A stretch of DNA of 63,957 nucleotides, the filler included, from Aduncisulcus paluster (Eukaryota): the NCBI GenBank assembly GCA_024181965.1. It is 13 parts of 13 records of this genome, joined end to end, with 100 filler letters (N's around TTAATTAATTAA, not from the genome) between each part and the next. Parts side by side here need not be neighbours in the genome. Positions count along the whole stretch, not along the records: positions 1 to 2,188 come from BQXS01011666.1; positions 2,289 to 15,184 come from BQXS01011667.1; 11 more parts are not named here. One strand, given 5' to 3'. Numbering within the stretch: position 1 is the first letter of the stretch; the number at the start of each line of letters is the position of its first letter. Below, one piece after another: positions 1 to 11,290 of this stretch. The notes under the pieces are model-generated. The model was given only the letters and a program-made list of their open reading frames with translations, did not search any database and was not told the origin of the DNA. Both the position numbers and the translations under genes were made by a program.

Positions 1-2188
1 CCTCTCCATCCAGATACCAGACACATCACCGCATTCACCACTCCATTGGGTCTTTTCGAATGGACAGTTCTACCCTTTGGTTTGAAATCCGCTCCAGGAA
101 TTTTCCAAAGAACCATTCAACACCTATTCTCCGACCTGCTTTACCATGGAGTGCTTGTCTATCTTGACGACATCATTGTGTATGGTTCGACTGCCGAGGA
201 ATTCATTGAGAGACTTACAGAAGTCTTGAAGCGTATTTGTTCGTTTGGGTTGTCCCTAAACAAAAAGAAAACAGTACTAGGCTGCACCCAGGTTGATTAT
301 CTAGGTTGGACTATCAACCATGACGGACGACGCATATCCCCTCATCGTTTTCAAGGGATTCGTGATCTTCAGCCTGCAAAGTCAAGAAAAGAAGTTCAAG
401 CGTTGGTCGGCTTTGTAAATTATCTCCGAGAGTTCGTTCCTCACTTTGCTACAGTCATGGAACCAATCACTTCGCTTCTGGATACGAAGAAGACCTTCCT
501 CTGGACGGCTAAACATGATGAGACCCTGTTATGTGTAAAGAAAGTCTAATTACAAGGAAACACACTTGCTGCCTTGTCCGACACTGGTGAGTTAATCCTT
601 TATACCGATGCATCCTCTGTCGGTATTGGAGCTGCACTTGTCCAAGTACACAAAGGCAAAGAAAGAGTTTTATCGTTCATGTCGAAGAAGCTGACCTCTC
701 AACAAAAGAGGTGGACCGTTGGGGAACAGGAGGCCTGGGGAATCGTGTATGCGGTTCTCCAGTGTGCTCCAATCCTCCGTGGAAGACACTTCACCCTACG
801 TACGGACCATCGTAATCTCGTGTATGTACAGAAAACACCGAATGCAAAAACATTACGTTGGAGACTTCGACTAGAGGAGTTCTCATTTGACATTGAGCAT
901 GTTTCAGGATCAAAAAATATCCTCGCCGATGCACTATCCCGTCTTCGTAGCCCAACCGAGTCTTTGAGAACTATTAGCCAACTCAACCCCTCAAAAGGAT
1001 TGCTCACGTCGATAAAATCCGCTCAAGAGCATCTTACTGACAGCGAGAAGTCCAAACTCAAACAAAGGACCGATGGGTTATGGGTGAATGATGACGGACT
1101 GCTATGTCTCCCGGAAAGTGACCAAGATGTCAAAAAACTTCTATTGTCATCATCCCATGGTGGAAAAATGAGAGCTCACCACGGGGAGGAAGAAACAACT
1201 TCATTCATTCTGGGTCTTGGAGTAACTTGGAAGGGATTAAGAAAAGATGTACATGACCACATCCAGGAATGTGTGATTTGTCAAAAGATGCGGTTGAAAC
1301 AGAAGGGAATTGCTTACTCAAGATCAACGTCAACAAAACATCCCTTTCAGACTGTTGCCATCGATAGTCTTGGTCCCCTTCCAGAATCAACTTCAGGTAA
1401 CAAATACATTATCGTATGTATTGATTGTTTTTCACGATTCGCTGTATTAGCTCCGACTGTCTCCACCTCAGCCAAAGAGGCAGCATCTGTGTTGTTGGAT
1501 CGGGTTTGTTTCATGTTCGGAACCCCCAGATGCATTAGGACTGACCAAGGTCCACAGTATCATAATGCCTTGATCGAATCTCTTTGTGAAGGGCTGGACA
1601 TTCACCACCATGAAGTAATGGTGTATAACCCTGCAGCGAATGGAATAGTCGAACGATCCAACCAAGAAGTCATGAAGATTCTGAAGGGATTTTGGTTGGA
1701 AGGAACATTCTTCAAGGATTGGGACACTCTCGTGCCTCGTGTGCAGTTCGTGATGAATACTCACAAACATCGTGCTCTGGGTACTTCTCCACATGCAATG
1801 ATCTTTGGAGAAGGTTATATAGCTACCCGCATATCCTTTTCAGTGGATGAAGAGTTCGAAATGCCCAAGTTCTCAGCTAGCTCAAGACAAGCCGCCCGAG
1901 AGTATGTTCTGGAATTATCAGAGTCATTAAAAGCCACAAAAGAAAGAGTGAAGCGTCTACACGAAGAATCAACGCATGACACTACGGATGAAGAGTTGGA
2001 AGATGCTGCGATTGAGAACGGTTCGTTTGTGTGGGTAACACCTGTGAAGAAACACAAGAAGAAGACTGATTACAAGCTCCTCGGCCCTTTTAAAGTTGTA
2101 GGCCACCCAACTCCGGTTGTGTATGAAGTAGAAAACCTTACAACCAAGCAAATCCAAAGCTTCCCTTTACATCGCCTTCGAATCATGA
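1..2188 (+). mobile_element. Ty3/gypsy LTR retrotransposon pol (RT-RNase H-integrase), truncated at both ends, one in-frame TAA at 547-549
   Basis: One frame from base 1: TAFTTPLGLFEW, LPFGLKSAP, YLDD (RT); YTDASS, EQEA, TDHRNL, ADALSR (RNase H); H..H..CVIC zinc finger; D-D-E core (IDSLG, TDQG, VERSN); GPFKV. The RT-RH-IN order is gypsy-type. Confidence 0.95.
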
Positions 2189-2288
2189 NNNNNNNNNNNN
2201 NNNNNNNNNNNNNNNNNNNNNNNNNNNNNNNNTTAATTAATTAANNNNNNNNNNNNNNNNNNNNNNNNNNNNNNNNNNNNNNNNNNNN
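2189..2288. other. Artificial contig linker N44-TTAATTAATTAA-N44 (also at 15185, 17409, 26302, 38076, 40159, 47276, 49772, 54554, 57414, 59869, 62052)
   Basis: Identical 100-nt spacer with stops in all six frames, present 12 times. ORFs running into it are truncated. Confidence 0.99.
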
Positions 2289-2798
2289 CTTGCTATTGGA
2301 ATTCATGAACTTGCTAGCATTTCTGAACGTAGGGTTGATCGTATGTGCAACCCTCCAAGCAATGGTGGTGAGCTCCCTGCCTTCCTTGTGAAAGAGAAGG
2401 GACTTTGCTCCGGATATATGATTGCCCAATACACTGCTGCCTCACTTGTCAGTGAAGACAAGGTTCTCTGCCACCCAGCTTCTGTTGACTCCATCACTGT
2501 CAGTGCTAACCAAGAAGATCATGATTCTATGGGTGGATTCAGTGCCCGTAAGGCTGTCCGTGTGGTTGAACATGTTGAGCAAGTGCTTGCCGTTGAGCTT
2601 CTGTGTGCTTGTCAGGCAATGGATCTCCACGGGCACGAGAAACCATCCTCTCCAGCTATTGAAAAGGTGAGAAAGTTGATTCGTGAACATGTTCCTTATT
2701 ATGCCAAGGATAGGCATATGTCAAAGGATATGGACACAATCCATGATCTTGTTAAGAGTGGTAAGATTGTGGAATGCATCAAAGAATGGCTCGAATAA
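2289..2798 (+). CDS. HAL: Histidine ammonia-lyase, C-terminal part (5' truncated)
   Basis: ELASISERRVDR, LPAFLVKEKGLCSGYMIAQYTAASLVSEDKVLCHPASVDS, NQEDHxSMG, LAVELLCACQA. Confidence 0.93.
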   Translation, partial: LAIGIHELASISERRVDRMCNPPSNGGELPAFLVKEKGLCSGYMIAQYTAASLVSEDKVLCHPASVDSITVSANQEDHDSMGGFSARKAVRVVEHVEQVLAVELLCACQAMDLHGHEKPSSPAIEKVRKLIREHVPYYAKDRHMSKDMDTIHDLVKSGKIVECIKEWLE

Positions 2799-3052
2799 AT
2801 CCCCGCAACGTTCAACATTCGAAGTGTGGAGACTGCTCCAAATTTATTTCCTGGGATCCTAACAGAAGTTTGAAGAAAATCTTCCAAAAAAATAAAATTG
2901 AAATCGTCGTATTGTATATAAAGCGATCACGAAAAGATAAACTATTATTAGCGAGAAATGTAAAAGTTTCTTTTTGGTTTCAATTTAGATAATTAAGTTT
3001 AATCAACATGTAATATAATCTGTGAATTAATGATCAAAATGAGTAGTGATCG

Positions 3053-3768
3053 TTACAAATTGCAACATCCACAACCCTTTTCCTCCTCTCTTTCATCTGC
3101 AATGAGCTTTGTGCTTGCAGTTGGGGCTGGAATGGGCTCAGCCAGTTCTTTCTCAAGATCATCACCAATATCCAGAAATAATTCTTCAATTCCCTCACCC
3201 GTTTTAGCAGATGTAACATAAACCTTCTCAAAACCATACTTAGAACGAGTTTTCTCAACATCTTCCAAAGATATCCCCAGATCACCTTCCTTCGCACCAG
3301 CCAAATCACTCTTATTTAGAACAAGATAATGTAAACAGTCTTCACAATTATCTTCAACAGTTTCAACATATTTTTCAAGCTTTTCAAGGGATTCAACCTC
3401 ATCAAAACTCAAAACGAACACACTGACATTGGCTCCACGAAAAAATGATTTTGAGAGGCCAAAAAATCTATCTTGTCCAGAAGTATCAAATATTCTTGTA
3501 TTGATTACCCGTTTTGAGCGTGTAACAATCTTGTGTTGCATAAAATCTGCACCCAAAGTTGGGGCAGTGAGTTGAAAGGCACCTGAAATCAATCTAATGC
3601 AAATTGAGGTTTTTCCAACCTAAATATGTAATAAATATCCAAAATAAATCAAAAATTATAAAAAACTGATCATGATTACATAAAAAAAAGTCTGGAAAGA
3701 ACAACAAAAAAAAAAGAGCATACACGAGTTGAACCAACAAAGACAACTTTAAAAATAGAAGAATCCAT
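3053..3768 (-). CDS. Rab-family small GTPase; exons 3768-3724 and 3619-3053, intron 3723-3620
   Basis: Splicing GTATGC...TTTAG restores MDSSIFKVVFVGSTR|VGKTS (P-loop). Also PTLGADF, DTSGQDRF, NKSD, TSAKTG and a C-terminal CCNL prenylation motif. Confidence 0.92.
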
Positions 3769-4121
3769 TCAATAAATGAGAAATACTAATTGAAAATAAA
3801 TCAGAATAATAAGGAAGATCAAAAAAAACCCAAGTGAAAAATAGCCGATGTCTTCTAAGAATGGTGAAGCACAAAAATGATTTCTTTTGAGTAAATCCAA
3901 TCCTCTCTTTCATTCTATCATATTGAATATGGATAAAATTCTCAGGGTCAAATTCAAACTTGTCATCTTTCTTTGACGAGATAAGAAGGATTAATTCATA
4001 ATTAAACCGATTCATTTTCTATATTTTTATGTGCATTCATTCAAAATATTATTACTTATAATTTATTTTGAAACCTTAACAGTTCATACAAAATTTTCAC
4101 TCGTTATCTTCGCCGATAATA

Positions 4122-6578
4122 ATGATTCGCTTCCCAAAATTAAAGCAAATTCAAAATGAATGGCAACTAAAAACACTCATAATGTCACCAATTGGATTTA
4201 TGAAAGACGATGGCGTTCGGGAGAAGGTTGAATGTCTTCATCAGACATCTTCGTCATTAAATCTTCTTGGAAAAGATATCATTGTATTATTTTCAATAGT
4301 TTCCCCATCTCTACGAGTCTTAAGCGATAATATCAAAGAATCCATCGATGAGGTATTTATTCCACGTAGCAAAAAAGAAATGCTTATTAAATTTCTTGAT
4401 ATTGCAATCAAATCTTTAAGAACAATGAATAATTTTGCCAAAAATCGTGTAAAATATATTGTGACGTTCAGTCAATCAATTTCAGAGATATTTTCTGACA
4501 TTGATCTAAAGTATCACAAGGCTATAGCAAAGCGGGAGAAATTATCCAAATTCAGGGGATTATTCTCATCTAAGAGACGTTCAGATCTAGTTAACCCTTC
4601 TGATTTCTCCTTTGCTTCCTCGGCTCCTCTTCAACCAATACGTGATAGACTAAGAGAGCTCTCTTCAACTCATGATATTCCTGTTCCCACCACAGATCCC
4701 TTTCATCGATCAGTTCACTCCGCCACAGTACTTTTAGAGAGAGATAAGTCAAAGAGTAGAGGAGGAAAAGAGAAGGGGAAGAAACTATCGGGCAGTATTA
4801 AACAAGGAGTTCCAAGAGGAACAGAAGAAACAACAGAGGAAACAGAAGAAACAGATGAGACCGAGGAGGAAGAAGAACAAATTATCGATAAAACAGCAGT
4901 TAAAATTCTGGCAGAAGATCAAGAGGAATCATCATCATCAGATGAAGAAGATCATTCCCGTTTAAAGAAGAAAGAAAAGAAAAAACATAAGAAACAAGAC
5001 AAATCAAAATCTAAGAAACATGTCAGTTGGATAACAAAGCAAAAAATGAAGCGAAAAGAGAAAAAACTCAAAATGAAAATGAAGAAAGAACGCAAAAAGC
5101 AACTTAAACGTTCAGGAGCAAAAGAAGAAAGTATTCAAAGAAAGGATGTAAGTAATCCATCTTCTAAAGATTCTGGAGAGAAAGAAGACAGAGTACTCAG
5201 TGTGGATGAGCATGAAGAAGAAGGATCTGAATCTGAATCAGAGTCAGTGATGGATGAAGAAGGAGAAGAGGAAAGGAGGAAGTTAGCCACGACCGGTAAA
5301 GATGATTCTCTGGATGCACCTCTCCCCTCCGCTGAGTCTGGAATAGGAAGAGAAGATGATGTAGTTCTGAAAGAAGGAGGAGAAGAAATCCATCATGAGC
5401 GCCACGGCCTTCCTCAAGAAGAGACCAGACCAGATAGCATTGTTGATTGCCCTGCAGAGGATGAGCATATTGACGCAGATGGGATGGATGGAAAACAGAT
5501 ATCAGAGATTCCTCTGGAAGATAGGAAGAAAAAGAAGAAAGATAAGGATGGTGGTTTGTCGTTTTTCAGATGCTTTTTTTGTTGTGGAAGATCTAAATAT
5601 AACTCAGAATCGGAATCTGAGGATGATGATGAAGATGCTCTTGAACGTCAAAGAATGTTGATGATGAAACTCCCAACCGATCGTGAGAGAATGAGAATGG
5701 CGGAAAGCGGAAAGTATCCAATTATGTTTCCAATGCAGGATATCGAGGATTACTCATCCGAATTGGGCATAGTATCATCAATAAGCGGAGAAGTGTTGAG
5801 TGTCGTGTATTCTTATTCATGTATTCTACGTCTATTCTATAAATGTCTGTTGTCAGTTTCTCATATCTTTTCTATATTTAGTACTCTGGGTTCGGTGGAA
5901 TCAGATCCTCTTTCAAAGCATTATCTCGCAAATGTTGAATGGTTGAAGGAAGAACATAAAGTTGCCAAACAAAACAAAAAAGAAGCAGAGAAAGAACAAA
6001 AGAAAAGAAAGAAATCAAAGGACAAATCTTCCTCAAATACACATAAAACCGAAGGCGGAGAAGAGCATTCCTCCGAAATTCACTCTCCCATCCCTTCTCT
6101 TATGTCTCCTAGTTCAACTTTCTCAAAAGTTGACCCAAATCCCCACGAAACATCGATCGAACATCATTCTAATAGATGTTTATTGGTGAAAACCACAATC
6201 CACTTATGCAAACAAGCTTCAAAATTGTGTAAGAATATGCTTCCGATGTTATTGGAGGTCAACCGCATTATCCCTGGACTTAATTCTGCTCTAGAATGGT
6301 TAACAGAATATTCAAAACATCCAAAAATAATATATGAGTCAAATATATCAAGTATTTCGGGGATGGAAAAGAATTACCTCCCAATAGTTGATCCTGAACA
6401 TCCCCATTTTGTTGATTTTGAAGAATTTGAACTTGAAAAAGTTCCAGAAGCTCCATGTGATAGTGTTTTGCTGGCTGATTATGGAGTTCATATGGTTAAA
6501 AAGAGATTATTCTCAATAATTTTCGACAAAACCGATATTGTAAGGAGAATTAAGAAAAATATTGGTATTGAAGAGTGA
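4122..6578 (+). CDS. Hypothetical 818-aa protein with a long K/E/S-rich central region
   Basis: Long uninterrupted ORF between AT-rich spacers; no family recognised. Confidence 0.75.
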   Translation: MIRFPKLKQIQNEWQLKTLIMSPIGFMKDDGVREKVECLHQTSSSLNLLGKDIIVLFSIVSPSLRVLSDNIKESIDEVFIPRSKKEMLIKFLDIAIKSLRTMNNFAKNRVKYIVTFSQSISEIFSDIDLKYHKAIAKREKLSKFRGLFSSKRRSDLVNPSDFSFASSAPLQPIRDRLRELSSTHDIPVPTTDPFHRSVHSATVLLERDKSKSRGGKEKGKKLSGSIKQGVPRGTEETTEETEETDETEEEEEQIIDKTAVKILAEDQEESSSSDEEDHSRLKKKEKKKHKKQDKSKSKKHVSWITKQKMKRKEKKLKMKMKKERKKQLKRSGAKEESIQRKDVSNPSSKDSGEKEDRVLSVDEHEEEGSESESESVMDEEGEEERRKLATTGKDDSLDAPLPSAESGIGREDDVVLKEGGEEIHHERHGLPQEETRPDSIVDCPAEDEHIDADGMDGKQISEIPLEDRKKKKKDKDGGLSFFRCFFCCGRSKYNSESESEDDDEDALERQRMLMMKLPTDRERMRMAESGKYPIMFPMQDIEDYSSELGIVSSISGEVLSVVYSYSCILRLFYKCLLSVSHIFSIFSTLGSVESDPLSKHYLANVEWLKEEHKVAKQNKKEAEKEQKKRKKSKDKSSSNTHKTEGGEEHSSEIHSPIPSLMSPSSTFSKVDPNPHETSIEHHSNRCLLVKTTIHLCKQASKLCKNMLPMLLEVNRIIPGLNSALEWLTEYSKHPKIIYESNISSISGMEKNYLPIVDPEHPHFVDFEEFELEKVPEAPCDSVLLADYGVHMVKKRLFSIIFDKTDIVRRIKKNIGIEE

Positions 6579-6916
6579 AATAAAACATTTTTTTTTTTTG
6601 ATTAAATGAATAAGGGTATCATAGGATATTAATTTTAACGTTTTTAGAATATTGAAAAAGTCGCAGTGCGACATAGTCAAAAAAAATTCATCCGATGAAT
6701 TGTTCTTGATAGGAGTCCTATCAAGAAATGATATTTATCGTTCATTTGAGAGGAATACAGATTGTGGAAGTTTCAATAATTTTTCAACTATCATAAAAAC
6801 TGGCGGATCTTCAATATTACTCTTTTTAATCTAAAAACCAAATACTTACTGTTTTCGTTTCCGTTTTGATGCCTTACAGAAATATTAAAGAATTTATTAT
6901 ATAACATATTTTCATA

Positions 6917-7729
6917 ATGCCAAAAGGGTCCAAAGAAAAGTTTGAAGATTACCTCGCAAAGCATAATATTCCCATATTCCTTCAAGATAGCCTTCTCGTT
7001 CTATTGCAAAACAAACCAAAAGATCCCATCGAATTTCTCTTTCATTATTTTGATGCTGTTGTTATGGGATTTGAGCATATTGACAAAGCGTATCGCCTAA
7101 TATCTCTCTCAAAGTTTGGTGACGATGATTTTTTAAAAAATGTATCTTCCGCCTTTTTTGTACTCAGTGAAGCACCTGATGGACTTGTTGGGAAATCATT
7201 AAATTTAATTTTAGATATAATATTTAAAGATATTGATGTTCGTTGGGATAAGAGAATCCATGATTCTCTGTATTTACCCGAAGAAGAAAAATTAACCTTA
7301 CCAATTTTTATTAACTCAATATGTGCTGCATATTCTCTTCTTGAAACCATTACTCTTTCAAAGCTTGTGTTTGATGGCCTTGATACGGCTGGAATGGGAT
7401 TGCTCTCAAAAGATATGCAAACCGAGCTCTCGGGTTTGGTTGAAGATTCCATTGATATTGGAACAGCTGCAGCCGTTCTTCCAAGATCTATTCATCCTTC
7501 AAGGGATAAATATTTAGATGATAGTTCCATAACTGATGTGGGACAAATTGAAAGTGGGAAAGTTAGGGTTCCGTGTAACCAATTTCAAAAAATATTTGAG
7601 CTTGATTGTGGATTAATGCAAGATATGATTGATGAACTTGCGAGTGACAAACAGAAGACTACAGCCCAAACTCATACTTGTACCGAACAAGTTTATACAA
7701 GAACGATTATAGATTCACTATTTGAATAA
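6917..7729 (+). CDS. TPGS1: Tubulin polyglutamylase complex subunit 1-like protein (N-terminal RIIa/Dpy-30-type docking motif)
   Basis: YLAKHNI..LQDSLLVLLQNKPKDPIEFLFHYF, then AYRLISL..F..NVSSAF..L..GLVG..L..ILDII.KD, matching the recalled TPGS1 pattern. Confidence 0.6.
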   Translation: MPKGSKEKFEDYLAKHNIPIFLQDSLLVLLQNKPKDPIEFLFHYFDAVVMGFEHIDKAYRLISLSKFGDDDFLKNVSSAFFVLSEAPDGLVGKSLNLILDIIFKDIDVRWDKRIHDSLYLPEEEKLTLPIFINSICAAYSLLETITLSKLVFDGLDTAGMGLLSKDMQTELSGLVEDSIDIGTAAAVLPRSIHPSRDKYLDDSSITDVGQIESGKVRVPCNQFQKIFELDCGLMQDMIDELASDKQKTTAQTHTCTEQVYTRTIIDSLFE

Positions 7730-7917
7730 AATCTTCCTACTTATCCCTTGTTTAAATTACCATTACACTGGATTGTGGAAGATGATGTGGCATGTGGAAC
7801 ATTGCCGGAACTAGATATGGATCGATTAGATATAGTAAATTGTGCTCAGTTATAGATCTAGCGCCGCTATCAAACTACAGATGAAAATCTGATCTGAGGA
7901 TGGTGAAGGCAAAAATT

Positions 7918-7988
7918 TGCGCCGACCGGGATTTGAACCCGGGCCTCTTCCGTGGCAGGGAAGTATCATACCCCTAGACTATCGGCGC
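7918..7988 (-). tRNA. tRNA-Gly(GCC)
   Basis: Reverse complement folds as a cloverleaf: acceptor GCGCCGA/TCGGCGC, anticodon arm CTTCC-CTGCCAC-GGAAG, T-arm CCGGG-TTCAAAT-CCCGG. A T5 Pol III terminator follows at 7915-7911. Confidence 0.97.
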
Positions 7989-8167
7989 ATATCATAAAGT
8001 GATGATAAACCTATCTATACTTTTATATCTTATTCACTCAAACCAATAGCCAAATAAATATCAAACAAAGCATCATAATGTTGTTATTTTTGAGAATTTT
8101 AAGAATTTGTACTGTCAATCGCGAATAATCAAAAGGTATCCTAATTGCCGGTTTTTGTCACCCTTAT

Positions 8168-9598
8168 ATGATACCTATTTCACCAAATTTTAACAAAGAA
8201 CATTTTAAGAGGATAAAGGAAGAAATCTCACCAATTGAATCCCTTGATTCCTTCTTAGTCGCTCTTGGTAACAATCTATCCCGCCTAACAAAAATCCCTT
8301 CTGAGTTCAGAGAAAGGCGTATTATTAATGAATTCTTCGCTGACAAAGACTTCTCACATGAAATTCTTCCCGCCATCAAACATTTTGTTCTCAGCACCGA
8401 GAAATTATTCGATACTGAGATTTTCCCTTTTAAAGAACATTCCAAAGCTATTTCTGAGGAGGAAACTGATAGTATCTCAGCTAATTCTGCTCTGTATGCT
8501 ACTACTGAGCGTGGAATATTCGTAAGACATTGGTCCTTTTCGCGTGAACAAGTCGCCTGTCTCATTGCCAATATGATGTATTGCTCTCTTGGCTTTGTTT
8601 TTACTGTTCCATTTGATGTTGTGTCTGGATTCGATCGCTATTGGCGTAACCTTGGTTATCCCCAAACCGCTTCCCATATGAATATGGTTATTAACTATCT
8701 CAAACTTTGTTATTTCTCTCCATCATTTCTCAAAGACTCAACTCCCGTTACTGTTTCCCGCGGAATGCTTTCAGATGATCAATATCTTTCAATTCTCTCC
8801 TCGATGAAAGAAAATTCGAAGCCTCTTACCAAGGTTAAGTTTTTGTCTGAAGGTGGCATTGGACACCCAAAAACTCCAGTTGATGTTGAAATTGATTTCG
8901 CAAATCGTTGCATTGGTTTTGGTCCATTTTCCACACAGGAAGAAATTCTTTTTGGAACCACCCCTGAAGCTTGTATTGCCCCTCTTGTCTCGACTGCTTT
9001 AAGTGATTCGGAGGCTTGTTTCATTGGTGGGGTTACTCACATTGGAGAAGGTATTGGCTATGGACAATCTTATAAATACAAGGGTATTCATTCTGACATT
9101 AGTTCCATATGGGAAGAAATGATAAAGGCTCGTGGAATGGGTGAGATCTTAGTATCCCCGACCTCATCAATCCCAAAAACAGTTGCTAGACACTCTTCAT
9201 TCATGTGTGTTGATGCCAAGTGCTATCTTGGACGTGATACTTTGGGCGATCAAGTTAAAGATATGGATAGGGAATTGAAGAAATTCCTTTGTGGACTGCT
9301 GTTATGTCCTCCTAGAGAGGGTGACAGCATTGGTTCGATCGGTACTGGGGCTTGGGGTTGCGGTGTGTTCCGTGGGAATAAGCATTTCAAATTATGTCTC
9401 CAAGTATTGGCTATGTCTCATTGTATGGTGAGAGAAACACAATATTTCACTTTCTCCGACAAATCAATTACCTCAGATTGGACTGAGTGGGTTTCAAAGA
9501 AAAATATTTCGACAATTAACAAATTATTTAATGTTCTTTGTAAGTATCGTGAGTATGTGAAGGAAGGTGGGAGAAAAGATATTTTTGAGTTCGAATAA
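8168..9598 (+). CDS. PARG: Poly(ADP-ribose) glycohydrolase
   Basis: SREQVACLIAN, IDFANRCIGFG...TQEEILFGTTPEAC, DRELKK, GTGAWGCGVFRGNKHFKLCLQVLA. Confidence 0.9.
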   Translation: MIPISPNFNKEHFKRIKEEISPIESLDSFLVALGNNLSRLTKIPSEFRERRIINEFFADKDFSHEILPAIKHFVLSTEKLFDTEIFPFKEHSKAISEEETDSISANSALYATTERGIFVRHWSFSREQVACLIANMMYCSLGFVFTVPFDVVSGFDRYWRNLGYPQTASHMNMVINYLKLCYFSPSFLKDSTPVTVSRGMLSDDQYLSILSSMKENSKPLTKVKFLSEGGIGHPKTPVDVEIDFANRCIGFGPFSTQEEILFGTTPEACIAPLVSTALSDSEACFIGGVTHIGEGIGYGQSYKYKGIHSDISSIWEEMIKARGMGEILVSPTSSIPKTVARHSSFMCVDAKCYLGRDTLGDQVKDMDRELKKFLCGLLLCPPREGDSIGSIGTGAWGCGVFRGNKHFKLCLQVLAMSHCMVRETQYFTFSDKSITSDWTEWVSKKNISTINKLFNVLCKYREYVKEGGRKDIFEFE

Positions 9599-10296
9599 TG
9601 TAATGAATTGATAGGTAAATTAAGGATTTTGCTCTAAAAATGTAATAAAGTCATTGCATGAGTATACTGAGGTCAATCAAATATCTGACAGAATAATATG
9701 AAGCCGAGAGAAAAGAATGAAAAAGGAAATTTCTTAGTAAAGGTAAGATTCACTTAAGTAAAAAGAATAACATATGTCGCGAAAATGGGATGCCCTTAGT
9801 TGTCTGAAGGTGATTCGTACTTCAACAACCGATGAGATGCGACTTTCATTATGGCAATCAATTTGACAAATCAATCTGTAAAAATAGAGTAGATTCGCTT
9901 CGAAGATGCTCCAAAAAAGGAATTGTACATGTCCGAACTTTGATTTCGTTTTTAGATTGTGAGAAAAACATTTGCTAAGTCACTTAAAACTTAATTCATT
10001 TCGATATTCCTTGAAAAAATCAATTACATGCATTCAACACTATTTAAAAAACAATCGAAAAGAACAGAAATAAAGCTACCAGGGGGATAAAATTCAAATT
10101 GTTGTAAGTGGTCGTTAAGAAAGAATTTTATTGTACATAATATTTTTATGTATTCAAATGAGATATTCTCAATGGTACTAGTTGTCAATCCATGGAAACA
10201 ATGAAGAAATAAAACAAGAGAATTTATTCTACATCTCCGCAAAAAACTATACATTACAGACTTACCGATTCAAATTCTATTATGCCAAAAACAATC

Positions 10297-10863
10297 TTAC
10301 ATATCAGCATCATCAGATGGAGTGACGATCTCAACACCAACATCTTCAATCTGACAAGGAAGTCTAATGATAGACCTACATTGCTGAGGAGAGTATTCGG
10401 CAATTGTTGAAAAGTGTTCCTTAGCCATTTGAGCATCAGGAACCTTTTGAAGGAAAGTCCATTTAACTTGAAGCTTCAGACGCTCGGGAGGAAGGTCTAT
10501 TCCAGAAACAGGGGCATTATGAACAGAGCACATGGCATACATACGGTCAGGCTCGAGGGAAAGCAATAATTCGGCAGAGGTCACAATAGAATCTACCTTA
10601 ATCTCACCACGCCACACAAATCCAGTCCAAAGCTTCAAACGATCAATTTCCCAGACAAGAGCTTTGCGGTCTCCAAGAGAATCAACACCCAAACACCGGA
10701 GATCCTCTTCAGTCAACATAATAAGGGACCTTCCACAAATATTGGCAGCTCTAAAAGATTCCGCATATGACTTAAGACGTATAGCACTAAGCCACACAGA
10801 TACATCATTTCTTGTCCATTGGGCAACGGGGTTTATCCTGTTCTTTGTCAAACTAACTTCCAT
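10297..10863 (-). CDS. SAM-domain protein (3' end may be extended by splicing)
   Basis: VAQWTRNDVSVWLSAIRLKSYAESFRAANICGRSLIMLTEEDLRCLGVDSLGDRKALVWEIDRL is a canonical SAM domain; first ATG at 10863. Confidence 0.85.
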   Translation of the reverse strand: MEVSLTKNRINPVAQWTRNDVSVWLSAIRLKSYAESFRAANICGRSLIMLTEEDLRCLGVDSLGDRKALVWEIDRLKLWTGFVWRGEIKVDSIVTSAELLLSLEPDRMYAMCSVHNAPVSGIDLPPERLKLQVKWTFLQKVPDAQMAKEHFSTIAEYSPQQCRSIIRLPCQIEDVGVEIVTPSDDADM

Positions 10864-11290
10864 TCTTGATATTGTCACGAAAAGGCGGAGCACAAAAGAA
10901 GACAAATTTCTTGATACAACGAGGAAATATTCGAGAAATAGCCGAATCAAGAAATGGCAAATCGATAGGCGTATTATTTTTTCAGTAAAACACCTGGATA
11001 AGTTTGTATTTTATGCTTATTCTTTTTCATGGTTCGCGATTTTGTTTTGACTCTTCTAGCCTGGAAAAATGAACAAAAAGTCAAAAAAGAACCAATTTTC
11101 CTACGATGGTATGTATATTATCTGTTTATTTATGATTCATTATTCGTATTGTTCTTCTTATCTGAAATCGTGTTGTATCTATCTGTCACTATCATATTAT
11201 TGTCCTTTGTTATCATTCTATCATCTTTATTGAATATTAGAGAGAGATATTTATGACCCATATTCTGTTGAATCAGCTGGTTCTTATGAT

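Noticed and set aside
547..549. TAA=Gln alternative genetic code, as in hexamitid diplomonads
   Set aside because: Many conserved host genes here end in TAA or TAG at expected positions and have no internal TAR codons.
2233..2244. Recurrent TTAATTAATTAA palindrome and ORFs ending in LIN
   Set aside because: Artificial six-frame-stop linker. Neighbourhood across linkers is meaningless.
7781..7898. Possible C/D snoRNA beside tRNA-Gly (ATGATGT...CTGA, small hairpins)
   Set aside because: Imperfect C box, weak terminal stem and no identifiable guide.
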